NCBI GenBank assembly: GCA_964551475.1
Contig: CAZKCI010000023.1
Location: forward strand, 7,289 to 71,288
DNA: 64,000 nt
From: an uncultured bacterium
Lineage (GTDB): Bacteria > Auribacterota > Erginobacteria > Erginobacterales > CAZKCI01
Direction of reading: 5' to 3'
A program made the translations under genes and the position numbers. Below are positions 61,030-64,000 of the stretch, one piece after another. The notes under the pieces are model-generated. The model was not told the DNA's origin, did no database searches, and saw only the letters and a program-made list of their open reading frames with translations. Position 1 is the stretch's first letter. The number at the start of each line of letters is the position of its first letter.

Positions 61030-63237
61030 ATGACCAGCGTTCTGCCAGCGCCATTCCAGATCATCCTCGGCTTCCTCTCCCTGGGTTTGATCGCTCTCGG
61101 CCTCCAGGCCAAGGGGCTTCTCGCCGGGGAGAAGATCCGGGGGCTGATCGTCTTCCTCCTCGCCCTGGCGATCGCCCTCGCCGTCTTCTACTTCGCCGTG
61201 GCTGTCTCCGTCCAGGATGTCAGGAGCGGCCGGGACAGCTTCGCCTTCGCCGCGCCCGCCTTCCAGGCCCTCTTCAATCTGTCCGGCAGAATCAATGGAC
61301 TGATCGCCGCCCACGGACCGAGGATGATCGCCTACGGGACGAGCGCCCTCTTCCTCTTCGGAGTCTTCTCTCTTCTCTTCGCCCGCTGGCGGGGTTGGCG
61401 GATCTTCTGGATCGCTCTCGCGGGCTCAGTCGCGATCAAAGCCCAGTCTTTTCTCCTCCAGGGCAACCCGCGCCTGGGCTGGCGCTGGTATCTCGTCGCC
61501 ATCGTGGCCGCCGCCGTCGCCTCTCTCCGCATACGGGAAGAGGCGAGGGACGAAAAGACGCCGGGGAAGAAGAGCTGGATCGGTCTCCTCCTCATCCCGA
61601 TCCTCCTCGTCGCCCTTTTCAGCTCCTTCTACCGCATCGATCAGTATCTCTACACGGTGAACGACTACGAGGTCGCCAACGGCCTCTCCGCCCTCCAGGT
61701 CTTCGAAGGCGACCCCGCGTATCACTCTATCCTCTGGAGCTACATCGAACGCGATTACCAGGGCGGAGCATACGGCCCCTTTGTCTACTGGGTGGCCCTC
61801 CTCTTCCGCCTCTTCGAGCCCACCATCGGCGTCATGCGGGCGGCGGGCGCTTTCTGGGCGCTCGCCGCCGTCGCCATGCTCTACCGCCTCCTCGCCGATC
61901 TCTACGGCAAGCGGACGGGCGCGATCGGGGCCTTGATCCTCTCGGTCAGCCCCTGGTTCCTGGGCTCCACCCACCTCGGCGTCTACATCGGCCTGACCCT
62001 CTTCAACTGCCTCCTCTTCCTCTTCCTCTTCCAGCGGGCGATAAACCGCTCACCCTGCTACTATCCCCTGGCCGGGACCCTCCTTGCCTGCTACTCCTAC
62101 TTCTATGTCCCCAGCAAGACGCTCCTCCCCCTGACCGGGATACTCTGGCTTCACAAGACTCTGACCGACCGGAAATTTTTCATCAAAAACATCGTCGGCT
62201 TCCTGACCTTTCTCCTCTGCTTCTACCTCTTCGCCTCGCTGCTCGCCCCCCTCGAGAGGCAGATCTTCGGCGTCAGCATCACCGACCACTTCATCGGGGG
62301 AACAGCGGGGCAGACCGGGGGTTTCGACCTCGAGTGGGCGGTGGCCGACATCACCAACAACCTCGAGCACATCTACGGCATGGTCTTCGAGAGGGCGATG
62401 TCCTGGGCCTATCCCGCCGTCGACGCGCCCCTCATCCATCACTCCATCTTCCTCCTCGCCCTGGTCGGCGCCGGCGTCTGCCTCGGCCGGGCTTTCCACG
62501 GCAAATACTTCTTCCCCCTCGCCTCCCTCCTCCTCTTCCTCCTGCCGGTCATCCTGATCTCGCCCATGGTCGACCGGGGCGCCACCCGCCGGGGCTTCCT
62601 TTTGCTCGTTCCCATCTGCACCATGGCCGCGCTGGCCCTGAACGCTTTCATTTCCGGCGCGCGGCGGGCGGTAAAACTGCCGGGCGGGATACTGGCGGGA
62701 CTGGCCGCAGTCGTTCTCCTCTGCGTTGTCGCGGTCAACGGGATCACCGTCTACTTCACCACACCGTCCTACGCCGTCAACTACCACCGCGATATTCGCG
62801 AGTTCTCCGAAGCGTTTGCCCGGCTCCTCGGCGAGGGCTACCACGTCGACGTCATCCTCCCCCGCCCGCAGTTCTCGGACTGGCTGGTGGAATTCATTGC
62901 CTATCCCCATGTGAAAAAGCTCTATTACACCTATGGACAACCGCTCGACATCTGGGGACAGCCCAGGCGGGAAATGCGGGAGACCAACCCTTACTACCGT
63001 TTCTGGAGCTTCCAGGAGCCGACCCGGGGGTTGGAGGCGGCTGAATCATACCCGGGGAAATCGGTCCTTCTGATCGCCAATCCGGACCTGAGCGCGGACC
63101 TGATCGCCGGCCTCAAGGGCAGGGCGCCGCCGGTTCGGATCGAGGAGATCACGAACCGGGCCGGCGGGGTGATCGGCTACACCTACTACCCGAAAAGCGA
63201 GGCGTCGCCCTCAGCGGCGCCCGCGCCGCGATCGTAG
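61030..63237 (+). CDS. GT-C fold (PMT_2/ArnT-like) polytopic membrane glycosyltransferase
   Basis: Start at ATG 61030 (MTSVLPAPFQIILGF); the listed ORF has a non-hydrophobic 75-aa 5' extension across the divergent promoter; ~16 TMs; DYEVANG / YERDYQGGAYGPF loop motifs. Confidence 0.55.
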   Translation: MTSVLPAPFQIILGFLSLGLIALGLQAKGLLAGEKIRGLIVFLLALAIALAVFYFAVAVSVQDVRSGRDSFAFAAPAFQALFNLSGRINGLIAAHGPRMIAYGTSALFLFGVFSLLFARWRGWRIFWIALAGSVAIKAQSFLLQGNPRLGWRWYLVAIVAAAVASLRIREEARDEKTPGKKSWIGLLLIPILLVALFSSFYRIDQYLYTVNDYEVANGLSALQVFEGDPAYHSILWSYIERDYQGGAYGPFVYWVALLFRLFEPTIGVMRAAGAFWALAAVAMLYRLLADLYGKRTGAIGALILSVSPWFLGSTHLGVYIGLTLFNCLLFLFLFQRAINRSPCYYPLAGTLLACYSYFYVPSKTLLPLTGILWLHKTLTDRKFFIKNIVGFLTFLLCFYLFASLLAPLERQIFGVSITDHFIGGTAGQTGGFDLEWAVADITNNLEHIYGMVFERAMSWAYPAVDAPLIHHSIFLLALVGAGVCLGRAFHGKYFFPLASLLLFLLPVILISPMVDRGATRRGFLLLVPICTMAALALNAFISGARRAVKLPGGILAGLAAVVLLCVVAVNGITVYFTTPSYAVNYHRDIREFSEAFARLLGEGYHVDVILPRPQFSDWLVEFIAYPHVKKLYYTYGQPLDIWGQPRREMRETNPYYRFWSFQEPTRGLEAAESYPGKSVLLIANPDLSADLIAGLKGRAPPVRIEEITNRAGGVIGYTYYPKSEASPSAAPAPRS

Positions 63238-63243
63238 TCAATC

Positions 63244-64000
63244 ATGAGAATCACCTTCGCCTGCCTGGGGGCGGAAAACCTGGGCGTGGAGTACCTCTCC
63301 TCCGTCCTCCGGAAGGAAGGCCACTCCACCTGCCTGGTCTTCGACCCCGCTCTCTTCAACGACAAATACTGGCTCGACATCCCCTCTCTCGCCCGCCTCT
63401 TCGACCGCCGGAAGCGGGTGGTGGACGAGATCATCGAGAGCCGCCCGGACCTCCTCGCCTTTTCGGTCGTGACCGACACTTACCGCTGGGCGCTCTCGGT
63501 GGCCGCCGACGTCCGGATGAAGGCGAACATCCCCGTCGTCTTCGGGGGGATCCATCCCACCTCGGTGCCCGAGCTGGTCATCCGGGAGCCGGCCGTCGAC
63601 TATGTGATCGTGGGCGAGGGGGAAGGAGCCATCCTCGACCTGGCGGGGGGAAAACGGGACGTCCCCAATGTCTGGAGAAAGGAGGGTGAGAAGGTTATCC
63701 GGCACGAGGTCCGACCGCTCGCCGCCGATCTCGACTCCATCCCCTTCCCCGACAAAGACCTCTTCGCTCCTTACTTCTCGCAGAAGTCCTACACCCTGAT
63801 GACCGCCCGGGACTGTCCCTTCGACTGCACCTACTGCTGCAACTCCGTCCTCCACCGTTTGTACGGCCATCCCCGCCGGAAGCGTTCCATCGACAATGTT
63901 CTTCAGGAGCTGGCGTGGGGGAGGAAACGCTTCCTCTTCAACGCCGTCAACTTCATGGACGACAACTTTACGCTCGACCGGAAGTGGCTCCGGGATTTTC
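63244..64000 (+). CDS. B12-binding-domain radical SAM protein (3' truncated by window end)
   Basis: Own translation from ATG 63244: MRITFACLGAENLGVEYLSSVLRKEGHS... (cobalamin-binding domain) then radical SAM CxxxCxxC as DCPFDCTYCCNS; open to the window end. Confidence 0.75.
   Translation, partial: MRITFACLGAENLGVEYLSSVLRKEGHSTCLVFDPALFNDKYWLDIPSLARLFDRRKRVVDEIIESRPDLLAFSVVTDTYRWALSVAADVRMKANIPVVFGGIHPTSVPELVIREPAVDYVIVGEGEGAILDLAGGKRDVPNVWRKEGEKVIRHEVRPLAADLDSIPFPDKDLFAPYFSQKSYTLMTARDCPFDCTYCCNSVLHRLYGHPRRKRSIDNVLQELAWGRKRFLFNAVNFMDDNFTLDRKWLRDF

Noticed and set aside
63238-63870. 210-aa minus-strand ORF
   Set aside because: Antisense to the clearly recognisable B12-binding radical SAM gene (CxxxCxxC motif present on the plus strand).
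1-64000. CRISPR arrays, rRNA or tRNA genes, integrases/transposases
   Set aside because: None recognised. The repeats present are heptamer/hairpin intergenic elements without regularly spaced unique spacers. No tyrosine recombinase or DDE transposase-like ORF is present in this window.

Overview
This is a high-GC (~65-70%) bacterial window that consists almost entirely of one very large surface-glycan (EPS / O-antigen / glycoconjugate) biosynthesis supercluster. Nearly all genes are on the minus strand in tightly packed, often 4-nt-overlapping operons.

Export and polymerisation. The window contains a Wza-like exporter, a Wzc-like BY-kinase, a Wzx flippase and two O-antigen-ligase/Wzy-like proteins.

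Glycosyltransferases. There are at least 6 cytoplasmic GT4/GT2/GT9 glycosyltransferases plus an Alg14/Alg13-like pair, and three DPM1/ArnC-like polyprenyl-phosphate sugar synthases. There is an unusually large set of polytopic GT-C-fold (ArnT/PMT/YfhO-like) membrane glycosyltransferases, 8-9 genes, including paralogues that share conserved C-terminal domains.

Sugar-nucleotide and modification enzymes. There are five class I SAM methyltransferases and a B12-radical SAM enzyme. MurA and MurB are embedded in the cluster. There are six SDR epimerase/dehydratase/reductase genes, a Glf-like flavoenzyme, an HddA-like GHMP kinase, a DegT aminotransferase fused to a GT2, an SGNH hydrolase and a sulfatase-like lipoprotein.

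Interruptions. The glycan cluster is broken by era plus a small island of short genes (RpoA-CTD-like, zinc-ribbon, MazG-like), a HepT/MntA toxin-antitoxin pair, and a lower-GC ORF6N (KilA-N-like) gene.

Intergenic repeats. Almost every intergenic gap carries hairpin-forming repeat elements. These belong to several families that recur 2-6 times in the window, and many are built from tandem heptamers (STRR/REP/MITE-like).

No rRNA, tRNA or CRISPR array was recognised. The most novel aspects are the GT-C paralogue families with shared, apparently undescribed C-terminal domains; an Arn-like aminotransferase-GT2 fusion; and the dense intergenic repeat families.
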